Notes: a model not told the origin generated them from the letters alone. A stretch of 43,577 bases of DNA, filler included, from Catajapyx aquilonaris (GCA_000934665.2; 2 parts of 2 records of this genome joined end to end with filler, not necessarily neighbours in it), one strand, 5' to 3'; shown: positions 14,681 through 26,821, counted from the first letter of the whole stretch. Translations and numbers: made by a program.

Positions 14681-15599
14681 CTGTAGGAACAAAAGTGACC
14701 TGCATTAGTCCCTAGCAAAAGTTATGAATTCTGGCCAGGTCCAAAGGTTCATTATTACATGATAAGAGTCTGAGCCGGCTGTTTCTCATCTTAGAATGGT
14801 TAGATGAAGCATGGTTTAGTTAAGATTTGTGTTCTAATATGATCTGCGTCAGCCATTATACAACACTTCTCACAATGGATGCATATCCAGTTTTACGAAA
14901 TACAGGTTGTGTATCTGTACATCCATTCATTGTCACCATCTTCTTTCATCTTGAGGCTTTGTCAGAACCTATGGGAATCATTTAAGAAAAATGAGCTGCG
15001 CGGTTGGCTGAAGAAGATCCCATTATGGTATGTGTGTCCTAAAGACTCCATTCGTCCAAGTTAAATCCCCGGGTCCAAGTGAGGTCCATTAATGCCCTAC
15101 TGGCTACTATACAGGTCCCACCCTTTCCGAGTAACTTTTCCAGGAATAAATACTGTTATGTAGTAACTAGCTTATCAATGTATGAATGCAACTTACCCCA
15201 AACGGTGTAAGCTTGTAGTTGTCATGGGCCACGTCTTTATCCCTCGATACAATTGCCCCTTTGATAGGGACTTAAGCCAAAGTTGTTTCCTACATATATC
15301 CGAATCATCCTAATTGACACAAGTATATGTTAGGTCAGGGCTGCCCAGCCTGCCCCTATTGCATATTGGTAATTGAAAGACCTAGGTGCCATCTGAGAGC
15401 AGTGAGAGGCAGTGTAAATAGGCCTATCTGTAATAAATTATTTTAAAAACCAAGTGAAAAATGTTTGGAACTATTTCCATGGTTCTCTACACAACAGGGC
15501 CAATGACAGGGAATGATTGTTTATCAGTGTTTTGTTACGGAAGCCCCTGCAGTCCTGGATCCGACTCCCAGTCCCTGGAAAATCAGCTTCAAGCATTAA

Positions 15600-17560
15600 A
15601 TTCCATAGTGCACAATATAAGTGCTTTAATGACATCTGTCAATATTATGAGCTTATCCTGGTTTTGTCATGTCCAGCGTCCTTGGCAGCTATCTGGTCTT
15701 CTGGGATGTCTTCCGTCATAATGTTCCGTAGGCTGGTGGTACTTGAAACTAGCACTGCAGGAGACGGAGTTGCATACCTTTGTAACTTCTTGCACCTTTG
15801 CAGTTAGGATGTTTCTTATGGATGACCAAGCATTGCATAACTGTACTTTACCATAATTTAATGGTGGAAGTGTTGTAGAGTGACTTTTGATAGATTTATT
15901 GATCCTGTGTGTGAAGTTTACCCTTCATTAGTGAGAACTTACACAAATTATTAGTTCTGGATACAAAGTCATATAAAGATATTGAAAATTATAATGAATT
16001 ATTTGTATCACTTCCTAAATCTGCTAATCTGCTAATCTGCTAAACCAAACCAAACCAAACCTAAATCTGCAGAAATGCGAAAAGTGTTACATTTGGCGTT
16101 ACCAACAAAATGTTAAGACCATTTTTGTGGTGATTTATTTTACATTCTCTCTAATATGACAAGAGTTTTGATGCATGACATGTTCATTTGAGAGTTGTCA
16201 GTGATTTTAACAATGCCCAGTGGGTTTGCGGGGCATCTCCCACCAATAATGACCACTGGGTCAACTGGGAGAATACTAAAAGTAAACAAAAATAATTTCT
16301 TACCTCAGTAGCATTTATGGGGCTGGAAATGATGGTACTCCTGGATTACTAAATGTAATGAATTATATTGCATAAAACGTCATTTTAAATTGATGTGTTG
16401 TTGGACATGGAGCAGTCGTCAACTACATGTTGGCAATCCAAATGATGACGACTTAGAAAATCTTCAAATTATTTTACATGGACATAATTTCACTGCCAAT
16501 TTTCATCATGACCTGAGCCATGCTGCACAGTGTCTCAATCCACCCACAGTCTGGCATGTGACATAGGTTCCAAGTACTGGTTGTGTAAGCTGAGTCTGTG
16601 TTCTGGTTATTAAACATGGGTTTCTTGCATGTATCCATCGTAGTTATGAGTCGTTATAATTATATAGCTTGTGCAGCGTACCATTTGTGAAAGTACAGGG
16701 TGTATGTGGTGGCCCATACTGAGTTGAAGTTTTGTACAGCAAAATTTATTTGTCATTTTTTTCAGAGTGAAGCATGACTCCAGAGTCTTTCCGATGATGT
16801 TCAGTGGACGTATAACAGTGCATGAGTATTAATGGTTAAATAATACTCATTTAGCACCAAGGAAGGTACAAAAATACATGTTCTTTCCTTTAATATCAGT
16901 TAATTTCCTACCAAGCTATGAAGGCCATATGACTGTTATGTTGAGTTCATCATTCCAGCAGTTTAAAGGTTTTTTTTTTCCTCCTCTTATTGAAGTAGAC
17001 TCACTTATTAACTAAAGGTGATGGGTGCTACAGAGGCATTCTCACACAGCAGAAAATGTGAATACCACTGATGTCATGGACTATTTGTGATGTTCAGCTT
17101 CCTTGTCGTCTGTCTGGTCATTGCATTGGGGAGTTTTCTCTCTGCCTTCACAACTTGCCTGGTGCTGGTGAATGGACTGGATTAAGGAGATGGAGTTTGA
17201 TAACTTTGATACTCCTTTGCAGTTAGGAATGTTATTAGACCTGATGTCCAATATATTGGACATCAGGTCTCAGGAGGTTAATGTTTCTTTTGAATGGCAA
17301 GGCATCACATCCACTGTACATTACCGGCTTAACAGGCTCTGATAGCTGAAGTCTCTGGATGGATATTAAATCCATTGCCACACTGTGCGAAGTTTACCCT
17401 TCAATAGCGACACAGAGATTATTACTTCTGGATACAGTGTCTGTAATGATGGCAAAAATAGCAGATAGGTAAACAAATGGCAAATATGATATTGCGTCCT
17501 TTCATAAATCTACAGACAGTATGCGAAAAGTGTTACACTTGGCATTACCAACTAAACGTG
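15600..17560 (-). repeat. Rearranged paralogous copy of the 10.9-13.2 kb decayed ZF segments
   Basis: 15608-15980 matches 10878-11190; 16540-17075 matches 11480-11953; 17085-17560 matches 12725-13150; 16075-16215 matches 13110-13250. Confidence 0.8.
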
Positions 17561-18639
17561 ACCTAAACGTGTGGCGACCTGGGATACTCCTGAAGACTGA
17601 GTATACCAGAGAACGACGACAACCACCGAGACCACCTGAAACCATCAACCTGCAACTTGCACGCCATCTGTTATTCATATTATTATATCTGATAAACTTC
17701 CTAAGAAAGCCAACAGGACCGCGTCTACTTCATTTCTCAGTACGACAACCACGTATATTATTCATATTAGTAACTTGGCCACCTATTATTGATAATTATA
17801 ACTTATTCGCACCTGTATAGCATGTATAGCATATATAGTATCAAGATAGTATGTATTATATGATCATTAGAGCTGCCCAGCCTGCCATCTGCCACCATTA
17901 TAGTAAATTAAGTCCATTAAGATACCTCTCTGAACATGTTTAGGATGCGCACTACTATGGTGGGATATAATGTCGAGTGGCAGGACATATGTGGCAGAAA
18001 ATATAAATGTAATTTCTCTAACGTAAATTCTATTAATCGTTTGATTGGAGTTCCTTTTGTGAGGACAGTAAATGTAAATTCTTGTTCTTGATTAGCCTTT
18101 GAATAATTGTGGATGATGAGATACATTGGCGCGGGGCCTTTATGGTCGGGTCGCCGTAACTCTGACACAGTGGCAGGACATTGAATGAAGATGCTACATT
18201 CGTGGTTCAACCGCCACACCCTGCTGCTGAATTTCAGCCTGTAAACCAGTACTATTGTTAAAATTATCAGTAAAATCAGTAATGTGGTAAGCAATAAGTA
18301 AATTAATCTCAATTAATTCGTGCATCTAAGTAGTGATGTACGTGACACCTAAATGCGATATTCCATTGTGCAACGGCCAATGTAGAGGAGTCCATGACAA
18401 TAACTTCATCAGTAGCACACGTCAGCAATATGGCAAAGACAAGGGGTGTAGCTAATTACATAAAATGTACAGGGTGGCTCACGCTGACCCCACCTGAGTC
18501 GGTGTTTTTTTTTGATAATATGGTTGTCTAGGGCTCTATGCTACATATCAAGTCTACATATCAGTTTGGGTCTTTGTGAAACTGAGCTCGGCGCATTGTA
18601 GTCTTCGTGTAGCCTTTAGCAAGTAAAAACCCTATGGGA

Positions 18640-19757
18640 TATGTTTAAGAAAAATTATCTCCAGGTTGAGCTGTTTGTCTGCCAAAAGTAAACATCATTT
18701 TACTCAGGCAATGAATATTGAATGGATTCTCCTTTTCTGGATCGACGCAAATAATACCAATACTGCAAGTGTCAGTTGGACTATCTTTCAAAGCACCATA
18801 TTGTTTCGGACACTTTCACGTGCTTTTCTTATGGAAGAGTGTCCGCGATGATGTGGCCATTGTACTTCCGAGGGAAAACAAACCACACAGAATCTAACCC
18901 CTCTCTGAAGGAATTAAGACCTCATAATTCGTGACGTGAGATATGAATTGCAATGGTCGTCTTACAAACTCAGTAACGCACTTTGATTATGCCAAGCCTT
19001 GAGGACCTGTTAAGTGATGCTTTATTAAATTGTTTTCTGTCATTTATGTAAACGATATCACTGTGTATTGCAATGGACACATATCTTTACATTTTCATGT
19101 TAACGTCCAGCTTCCTGCTGCAACAGACAGACTCTTGAGCCCGATTTAGGTTGGGCACTTTTCGGCACATCTGCGCATGTGAAAAAGCACGCCCGGGCAA
19201 TATTTTGGTCTGCTGAACGATTTTGGTGAATTTATTATACAAATTATCGTGTCCCCCTTGGTTGTTGGTAAATGTTCTGCTAATGAAAGAAAATAGGAGA
19301 ATCGGACATTAATGTCCTACTTCCTAAATTGGTTCTTAGAAGTATCATACATGTGGTTTCGCCTGGGACGAAGTACGTAAATCCAGTCACATTCGCCCAT
19401 CTTTGCATGGTATAATTACCTCATCAGAATCCGCTTGTGAGTAATGATGGGTGATGTAACCAGTAATACCATATTGTGTAAAAGTAAGGGGACAAGTAAT
19501 TTTGAGCTGTGTTGTGGCATCCGATGGATTCCGGGTATACCTCACAGACTGGGATAATCTTCCATCATGTGGTGTTGGTTGTAAAAACCTTGTTTCCAGT
19601 AACGCTACTACAAACGTGATTTCAGCTTTTTAACATCTTGTTTCGTACAGTACTTCTTACGTCACTGTACTGGAATCTTGAGCACCGTGAGGAAGTGATG
19701 CAGATGTTCAACAAAATAGCCTAAATGCATTGTGTATTATTGGTACCAAACTGCCTA
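18640..19757 (-). pseudogene. Further decayed paralog of the 13.7-14.7 kb ZF exon
   Basis: 19637-19756 aligns with 14197-14307 (GTACAGTACTT...GTGATGCAGATG...TGTATTATTGGTACCAAACTGCC). The extent below ~19.6 kb rests only on weak Cys motifs. Confidence 0.4.
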
Positions 19758-19761
19758 TAGC

Positions 19762-19920
19762 CAGTGTTGGAATGATCTAGATCCCAAACGCGTGATCTAT
19801 GACCTGATCTAGGTACTTTTAAAACGGAGTATCTGTACTTGTCAGATACTTTTTTCGTGGGATCTATGATCTGAAGATCTGAATTTTCCAGATCATGGCT
19901 CTTTTTTTGCCTAGATAGCC
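19762..19920. mobile_element. hAT-like element terminus
   Basis: Starts CAGTGTTGG where paralogy to 14.3 kb breaks, with clustered GATCT/AGATAC subterminal motifs. Partner end not found. Confidence 0.4.
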
Positions 19921-20749
19921 TTCAAAGCCGTTATGATCCATGAGTCATTCTACAGAACAATGCAAACCTTTCTCATTTATTGACTAGGCCTGTATATTTC
20001 AGGAAGCCATTAGTTTGCATTTTTTTTGTGGTGTCAAGTTACCCATAGTATAAAAATGGTTAAATATTTTACATTATTTGAAAATTATTCTGGTAGGAAT
20101 TTTTCCGTGGCATAACCATAGCGCCCTGGCGTGTAACAGGAAAATACATGTGCATTGGGAAAGATGAACGTTTCATGAGGTATATTTCAGAAACTGGTGA
20201 CTGTAATTACACTATTATTAGTCTTTTTAGGGTTATAATACCCGTAAATAGCCAGCAGGCAAATACACTGGACAGCCTTGCCGCCCTGATCATTAGTCCT
20301 TGGGTGTGAATTTGTGATAAATTATCCCATCGTCGTGTAAATACAACTTTCTAGGTTAGGTGAGGTAAATGCATACGTCTAATGGCGAACCATACTGAAT
20401 TAAAGTGTTGTTCTACAAGTTTATCCTGGTTATCTTTTATAGAGTGAACCATGACTCGAGTGGCTTTCTGATCATTGTACATGTAGTCCCGCTTCATTTC
20501 ATTGTCGCAAGAATCAGTAGGTCATGTGCTGTTCTAGAGGAATGTGCAGATGCTGCAAGTGCTAATAAATTGAAAAGCTGGGCCAATGCTCTGGCATACC
20601 AATTTATTTTACTATTTACAGAGTGTACAGGAAGTATCGTGTGGGACGCTGAATTTGTAGTTTTCAACATAAAAGGAATATGATGCATTTCTGAGATTGC
20701 TCACACAGCAGGATATTTTTGCCCGGCTGGAGACTGTGAGATTAAATAT

Positions 20750-21490
20750 GTTCACTGATCATTTCAAACTACTTCTAACGTTTTTGATAAAAACTATAGC
20801 TTGACCGGAAGATAGATGGAGTAAGCTCGACAGGGCGTACATGCAAGTTTCGCTCCGTTATATAAGTACTATACTGATCTTTCGCCTGATATTGGGCTCT
20901 AACAATATTTCCTTTACTCTCTCCCCCTAAAAAATAAAGTAATATTCGTGTCTCTTCGGTGGTGCGAATCTCGGAGGTATCGCATTTCTGGATGTGGATT
21001 GTCCTGCTGTCCTCGGGATGAGATGGATTTCTGGTGTGTCTCAACATGTGGTTTGACAGGACGAACTGAAATTTGTAGTCAGGTGGTAGTCAGTCGGTCT
21101 GTCAATCACAAGCTCATTTGGGGTGAGAGACCCTCCATTACTGCAATAATCAGTTAACATTGGTTCATACTTTGGAATATGTGATCGAAATAGACCCGGA
21201 CTGGTGCATTAGAAAACCTGATTCTTCATTTTGTCCAAAATGTCGTTATATTGTGGCAACCATTCCCGTAAACATATGGACGTAATGCTTATGAGACTTC
21301 TCAAGTCACTCTCTGAACCATAATTGCGCTGGAGTCCGGCGATGAAATGAGATGACCATATATGTCTGTTGCTGGAGTGTCTCAGCGAAATGAGTTGTCC
21401 TTCGCAACAGTCACATCTCCAGAGGAACGGATATGTTTGAGGCTGCTTCAGAGTTGAAATTGGTGGTAAGTGCACATTGTGGAGATGTAG
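20750..21490 (-). mobile_element. Ty3/Gypsy 3' remnant (integrase tail, polypurine tract, probable LTR start)
   Basis: Frameshifted minus-strand motifs F..GDVTVAKD, RH.DKMK and QSTSRNAIPPRF (like the RRSTR..PP.RF integrase tail). These are followed by the PPT-like AGGGGGAGAGAG (20917-20928) and then a TATATAA-containing segment. Confidence 0.45.
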
Positions 21491-21492
21491 GC

Positions 21493-21735
21493 TGCCTTCG
21501 TATGAGAAGTGTTGTCTTTTTGGGCAGTACTTTGTCAGGAGGCTATGGTAGACCTCCAAATGCCCTGTGTGGCAGGTCATATTAGGTAGAGCGCGAAGCT
21601 AAGATTTGCTTTTTACTATTGCTTCTAAAGCCTTGTATGCGGGTGTGTCCAATCGCAGCCATTCGGTTTCCTTGCGAGAGGGTCCGTGCTGGCAATGATG
21701 GAAAGTGTTGTTGCCAGCCCCAGTCATGGATGTTG
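21493..21735 (-). mobile_element. DDE transposase fragment, Kolobok-type, pseudogenised
   Basis: Translates NIHDW/..FHHCQHGP..EWL...PAYKALEAIV..*L..L..MTCHTGHLEVYHSLLTKYCPKRQHFSYEG, with one stop and one frameshift, and is cut by the gap. The superfamily is assigned from recalled motifs (H.W..C.H and HTG.LE.YH), not from a search. Confidence 0.65.
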
Positions 21736-21835
21736 NNNNNNNNNNNNNNNNNNNNNNNNNNNNNNNNNNNNNNNNNNNNTTAATTAATTAANNNNNNNNN
21801 NNNNNNNNNNNNNNNNNNNNNNNNNNNNNNNNNNN
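21736..21835. other. Assembly gap with artificial linker
   Basis: 44 N + TTAATTAATTAA (21780-21791, stops in all six frames) + 44 N = 100 bp. Confidence 0.95.
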
Positions 21836-21855
21836 CAAGTTAGCCCTAAACCACT

Positions 21856-21929
21856 TCCACATCCCTATATTAGTTTTGCGAGTCCTATCAGGCTACCTGG
21901 CGACTTTCCGCGAGTTTTTGAGCACCCTG
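21856..21929. mobile_element. Tc1/mariner-type MITE terminus, same family as 38062-39000
   Basis: CACATCCCTATATTAGTTTTGCGAGT...CACCCTG|TA is the reverse complement of the TIR at 38062-38135. Confidence 0.7.
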
Positions 21930-21944
21930 TATGGTCATTTTGTG

Positions 21945-22106
21945 AACTCCCCCGGGTGGGTTAGTCTAGCGAATATTCCCACCCGAAACGAAGTCAGAGA
22001 TGGCCCAACTCCGCACAAAAGAAGGTGGGAACCCCGGGTGGGGATTGAATGCGGGACCTTAACTTCCGTGAGCTCTCGTGTTACCGCGACGCCACTCCGT
22101 CTCCCC
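21945..22106 (-). mobile_element. Degenerate tRNA-derived SINE
   Basis: On the minus strand: A-box-like TGGCGTCGCGG (22084-22094) and B-box-like GCATTCAATCC (~22042-22052). No TSD found. Confidence 0.45.
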
Positions 22107-23704
22107 ACCTGATTGGTAATTTATTAGAGTTAATTCATAGCTTATTGCTAGGGCTGGAATTAAATTCCCAAGGTGGAATTTTCGTCCCACCGCTAGTTAC
22201 TGTTGTGTTCACAAACTTGTGAGAACTGGTGTTTTTGAGCAAATTCAAGACATTTTTATAGTAGTTGAGAAGTCAAAGCAGAATGGGGTGTGCTTTGTCT
22301 TCAGCCTACGTGAGCAGTGTTACGCTAGATTGCCATCATCTGCATATCTACGGCAATATAGCTCATACTCGGTCGTTAAGTTCTCATCTATGCACCTGGC
22401 AACAAAGGGGTTAAGATGGGATGGGAACATGTGCACTAATATTATCAGTTAATACTTTTGAAAGAAATTAAAAGAAACTATGCACAAGTTATTGCTGTAA
22501 AATAAGCAGCTTACAATGTGAACAATTTAGCCATAAGTTAGACAAGTATTTTGCATAACCTTGTATAAAAATGTTGCAATCAAGAGGCCATTGTAAAACT
22601 TTTTTTATTTATATTCTTGGCACATGGAAATTGCCCTGAGATACACAGATAGGTGTGTCACACAAATGTGACATTGCCAGGTAAGGACAAGGCACTTGTT
22701 TATAACACTCTTAGGCAGGAAGGAGTTAAACTTTGATAACTTTGATAACAATTACGAAATTTGAACATGAACTTAATCGCTTCTTCCAAAGAGCTCCTTT
22801 TCTCTGGGTGATGGAGGGGACTATCTACCCCTCTAAACACATATATATCACACTCTTAAGCTGATTCACATTATTATATTATGTACTCTATCATTAGGAA
22901 CTCAAAGACAACATACGTGAAAAGAACAAAAACCAACTATTCCATATTCGAAAAGGGTTGAAACAAGTGCGGCTTCTAATCAGCAGTAGCAGCACTTCAA
23001 TATGAAGGCTGGATATAAAGATTAATGGCAACTCTAATGTATGATAGTATGAACACCAGAAAGTGTTAGATGCAAATAAATAGATTTTGTGGTAATTGGA
23101 TGGGTGGAGTTTCACAAGTTCCTGTGCAAGTGCATGCGAGGCTGTAATGTTGCATCATCATGTTGGACTGCCTTCTATACACGTTCACCAAAAATGAGCA
23201 ACATGCATGAAAAAAAGGGGGTGTCAAGGCTGGGTTAATGTTCACTGTCTTCAAGTAAGATGTGGAATAACAGTCACATCACATCAGACTGTTGCAATCA
23301 CAAAGTTGAAATAACAGATGCAAGGAATGTGTTTTCATGTCTAGATATGATTTCTTCATGTCACAGGTCTCTCCAGCACAGTTCACAAGAATGGTTATAA
23401 TGATGGTGCTCAGCTATTTCCACAGATGTGGCAAAAGATTATGAACATTGGTAGGCATGGTCAATTTCTTTGACAATAAATACTGGACTCACGTAGAAAC
23501 GTGTTGCCACTATTATATACCCAGTCTTCATACTTTTATCATTACAATCGACCAAGATAAAAACCTCATATTTCATGTATCTTCCCCTACATTTGAGGAA
23601 AGAGTCTGGCTTGTATTTGCTATGCGACATCTTCGCACATGTGAATTCATGCTATTTTTATGGTGGAACTTCCTATTGCAACATTTGCAAGAAAATGGCT
23701 TTTT

Positions 23705-24304
23705 TCATGAATGTACTGTCATATGCCTAGTCAAGTTACCTTTTAGCCCAAAACATTTGTGGCACACATGACAACTGAATGGTTTCTCACCTGTGTGGAC
23801 CAATCTGTGACTCTTCAGCTGCTGAGATTGGCTGAATGCCATCCCGCATACGTCACACTGATAAGGTTTTAATCCAAGATGAATAGTGTTCACATGACGA
23901 GATTGAGACTTTTTTGTGGTGAAGCTGGCACCACACAATTTGCAGAAAAATATCGATTTCCTCCCTCCTGGATTGACCTTACCATGTACAGAAGGGCCCA
24001 ACTGGTGAGATATATCTTTTCCTGCCCCTTTCCTCCCTTTTCTTCTTGCATTAGCCACATCATTCTCACTTGACTGAAGACACTTTGGATGAGCATATCT
24101 TCCAAGTGTCTCTCCCTCTGGTGCAAAAGTGCTGAGTTGTTCTGGCTGAGATTCCTGCATCACTTCCTGCTGTTCTTCAGCAACCATTGCATGAGACTTG
24201 ACACATTCTTCCAGAGAAAATGGAACATTTTCAATGTTCCATTTTCTCTGGCCACATTGAAAATGGTCTTTGAAGGGTGACTGGATCTTTGGATGTGAAT
24301 TCCT
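23705..24304 (-). CDS. Unit 1 terminal exon, C2H2 ZF protein (3 intact fingers, premature stop)
   Basis: Acceptor ttttttttcag|AGG AAT TCA. Fingers CKLC, CDVC, CHVC with LGLKPY and TGEKPF linkers. TGA at 23705-23707 replaces the linker codon (GGA in units 3/4); a fourth finger stays readable to the ancestral stop at 23573-23575. Confidence 0.8.
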   Translation of the reverse strand, partial: RNSHPKIQSPFKDHFQCGQRKWNIENVPFSLEECVKSHAMVAEEQQEVMQESQPEQLSTFAPEGETLGRYAHPKCLQSSENDVANARRKGRKGAGKDISHQLGPSVHGKVNPGGRKSIFFCKLCGASFTTKKSQSRHVNTIHLGLKPYQCDVCGMAFSQSQQLKSHRLVHTGEKPFSCHVCHKCFGLKGNLTRHMTVHS

Positions 24305-25282
24305 CTGAAAAAAAAGTACATCATTATTCTCCAAAAGTGCCTAAATATTTAACTTGTACTTTTTTTAAACCAATAGTGTAACAGTCTATACAGTGTGTTT
24401 CATAATATTTACGTAGTGAATATGTTGGCGTTGCTCAGGTATTAAGTTGGTATTCCTCAGCACAAGGTTAGTTAGAGGTGAGTGGGCATGTAATAACTGA
24501 TGCTTTTGTTGTGTTCATGTGTAAGGATAGTGCATGTGCAGCATTAGAGAAAATGCAAGACAAGCAAAACTCAGCCAACTTAGTTTTGTAATGCATAGTC
24601 CTCTGATGAACTTATTTCAGGTTTACCTATGTTACTGGGTAGAGTGGGTTTCACCCAGTCATTCAATTGAATTTGCTACTACATTGAAGACAAGTATAAT
24701 GAAGCATACACCAGTTTCACCTGACCCATTACTTCAGGCCATGGCAAAGGAGGGCCAAGGAAACATCCTGTGAGAGTGTAAGTAATACCGGTATTGAATA
24801 TTACTGCATAAAATTTTGCCTAGTCAGCAGACTAGATGAAGAGCGCAAGGTTGTAAACATAATTATGTGTCACGGATGGGCACTTATGACCGAAACCTCT
24901 CTCAAATTCAAGGCTGCCAATGAGTTGGAATTTTACTGAATGTATGGTAGAGGGAACATATGACAATCTCTTAGGCCTCCTTTGCTGGAATCTGTACTGT
25001 CCTGCCTGAAAGCCAACGCATAAGAAAACTATGTCACTCTCAATTATAACTAGGGTACCTTTCATCACAAATCAAGTTTCAGAATCTTTAGAATGAGTAA
25101 AAAAATATTTCAGCAACACTCATTTCCATATGCTTCTATTTTCACACCGTCAAGTTTGGCTGTCAGTTACATGCACCATTGGAAATCATGTGTGTGAGTT
25201 TCTGACTCTATTTTGATTCTAATACAAATTTTTACATCACGATTTCACAGGGATCTCCTACAAATTTACGTCCATAGCTTAC

Positions 25283-25425
25283 CTCTTCTTCAACATAATT
25301 ATTAACTGCCAGCTGTTCAAGATTTCTTCCAGGAATAGCAGAACTTGAAGGAGTCACTTGATGTGGATGCTGCTGTGGCTCATAATCTTCGATAGTAGCA
25401 CCAGTGTCTCTCTCAGGATGTGGTT
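25283..25425 (-). CDS. Unit 1 linker exon (143 nt, phase 1 to phase 0)
   Basis: ttttctgcag|AA CCA CAT CCT...GAA GAA GAG|gtaagc. Encodes EPHPERDTGATIEDYEPQQHPHQ...VEEE and joins in frame to 24304. Confidence 0.8.
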
Positions 25426-25550
25426 CTGCAGAAAAAAAAACAAAAAAATCATACACACCTCAAGTAACAGTTATTCTCACATTTCCATAAATGTATTGCT
25501 GTACAAGTGAAAGTCTAGTTCTGTCAGTACACCACAGCTTCTGTCATAAG

Positions 25551-26236
25551 TAGAGTCCGGATTTTTAGGCAAGTGCCTAATTTAGTTCCATAACAGTTGG
25601 GATCATTTTGTGAAGAGATTATGTGCAGGATGTGGAAAATGTAGGTTTTATAGTGCCTAAAATGGCTTATTTTGTGGTTTTAGGAACTATTTTGCCTAGC
25701 CTTTTTGTGACTTTTCATGCCTATTTGGCCTTTTTTGAAATAGTTTTTGAAATTTTTGCAGTAATTTCGGGACTTTTTGGGCCTATTCCTTCAGAGGTTT
25801 GGTTTTTTGAGAAGTATTTTTTGTGCTCCTGAGAGGACCAAAATCGTTCAGAAGTAACACGAATCATGTTTCCGTTACACGTATGCCAAATATTTCTCTA
25901 AATTTTTCTCAGATTGGAAAAATATTTGGCAACATATTGTGCAAGTCTGGGGCAAGTGGAAACTGGCCATAAGCGGTAGAGTCCAGAGCAAGTGATACTT
26001 GCTTGCACTTTGTGTCTTTTGCCCAAGTTTCGTGATTTCCTGTCAGTTTATCTTTGTTATTCGATTTTTGCTCTTGTTTGCGACCTTATATTTATACTTT
26101 AGGCCTATAAAATTATTCTGGCTTTTTACTTTTCTGTAACATTATCCTCCATATGCCCCAAAAAGTCAACTCTTTGTGCCTATTTGAGGGTTTTTCGTGC
26201 CTATTTCGGGGGGTTTTGCATGCCTAAAAATCAGAG
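25551..26236. mobile_element. hAT-like non-autonomous element
   Basis: Left end TAGAGTCCGGATTTTTAGGCA; inverted right end TGCCTAAAAATCAG (truncated); repeated GCCTA motifs. Absent in paralogous units. Confidence 0.6.
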
Positions 26237-26821
26237 ATGGCGGGCCACCTTCTCCCTCGTGTCCACCACTCATGCAACCAAACCAAGGGAATTTTCACCA
26301 AGTCCTATAGCCATTGTCGAGTTTTACGGAAGCAATGAGTGCTTAATAGTAATAGCAGCATTTCTGCAAGCTTGCAACATCACCGAAACAGACCAACCAA
26401 ATATGGTGAATATTGAAAGCGATTGAAAGTCTATTTTTCATGATGAAAATGAAAAGTGCTATTAGGAAAATGAAGATGAAATATTTTTATTTAAAAGTAG
26501 CTCACATTATTATATCAAGTTCCCTATCATGAGGAACTCAAACAACATACCTGAACATTTTTAAAAATCCCAACTAAAAAAGGGATCAACCCATATCAGT
26601 CTCCACTCGGCAGTATCAGTACTTCAATTTCAGGGTTGGATATAAAGTAATGGCAACACTACTGCCTTGCACTATACAAACAGCAGAAAGTGTCCTCTAG
26701 TTACAGGCTAAAAAGTAGGTTATGTGGCAATTGGATGGGTGCAGTTTCACCAGTTCCTGTTCCGTTAAGATACAAATGCACAAGGCTGTAAATTTGCATC
26801 ATGATGATAGACTCCCTTCAA

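Noticed and set aside
17572..17830. LTR retrotransposon primer-binding site (TGGCGACC) and leader
   Set aside because: No adjoining LTR or gag ORF is identifiable; an 8-mer alone is insufficient.
17917..18312. 131-aa ORF with a hydrophobic N-terminus
   Set aside because: It has a non-ATG start, the hydrophobic run comes from AT-rich low-complexity DNA, and it lies in a probable TE region with no recognisable domain.
21780..21791. TTAATTAATTAA palindrome
   Set aside because: It is centred in a symmetric 44N/44N gap, so it is an assembly linker, not biological sequence.
23448..24280. Plus-strand ORFs overlapping ZF exons (also 27423-28302, 37112-37833, 41381-41860)
   Set aside because: They are antisense shadows of the ZF coding frame and are not conserved as ORFs between units.
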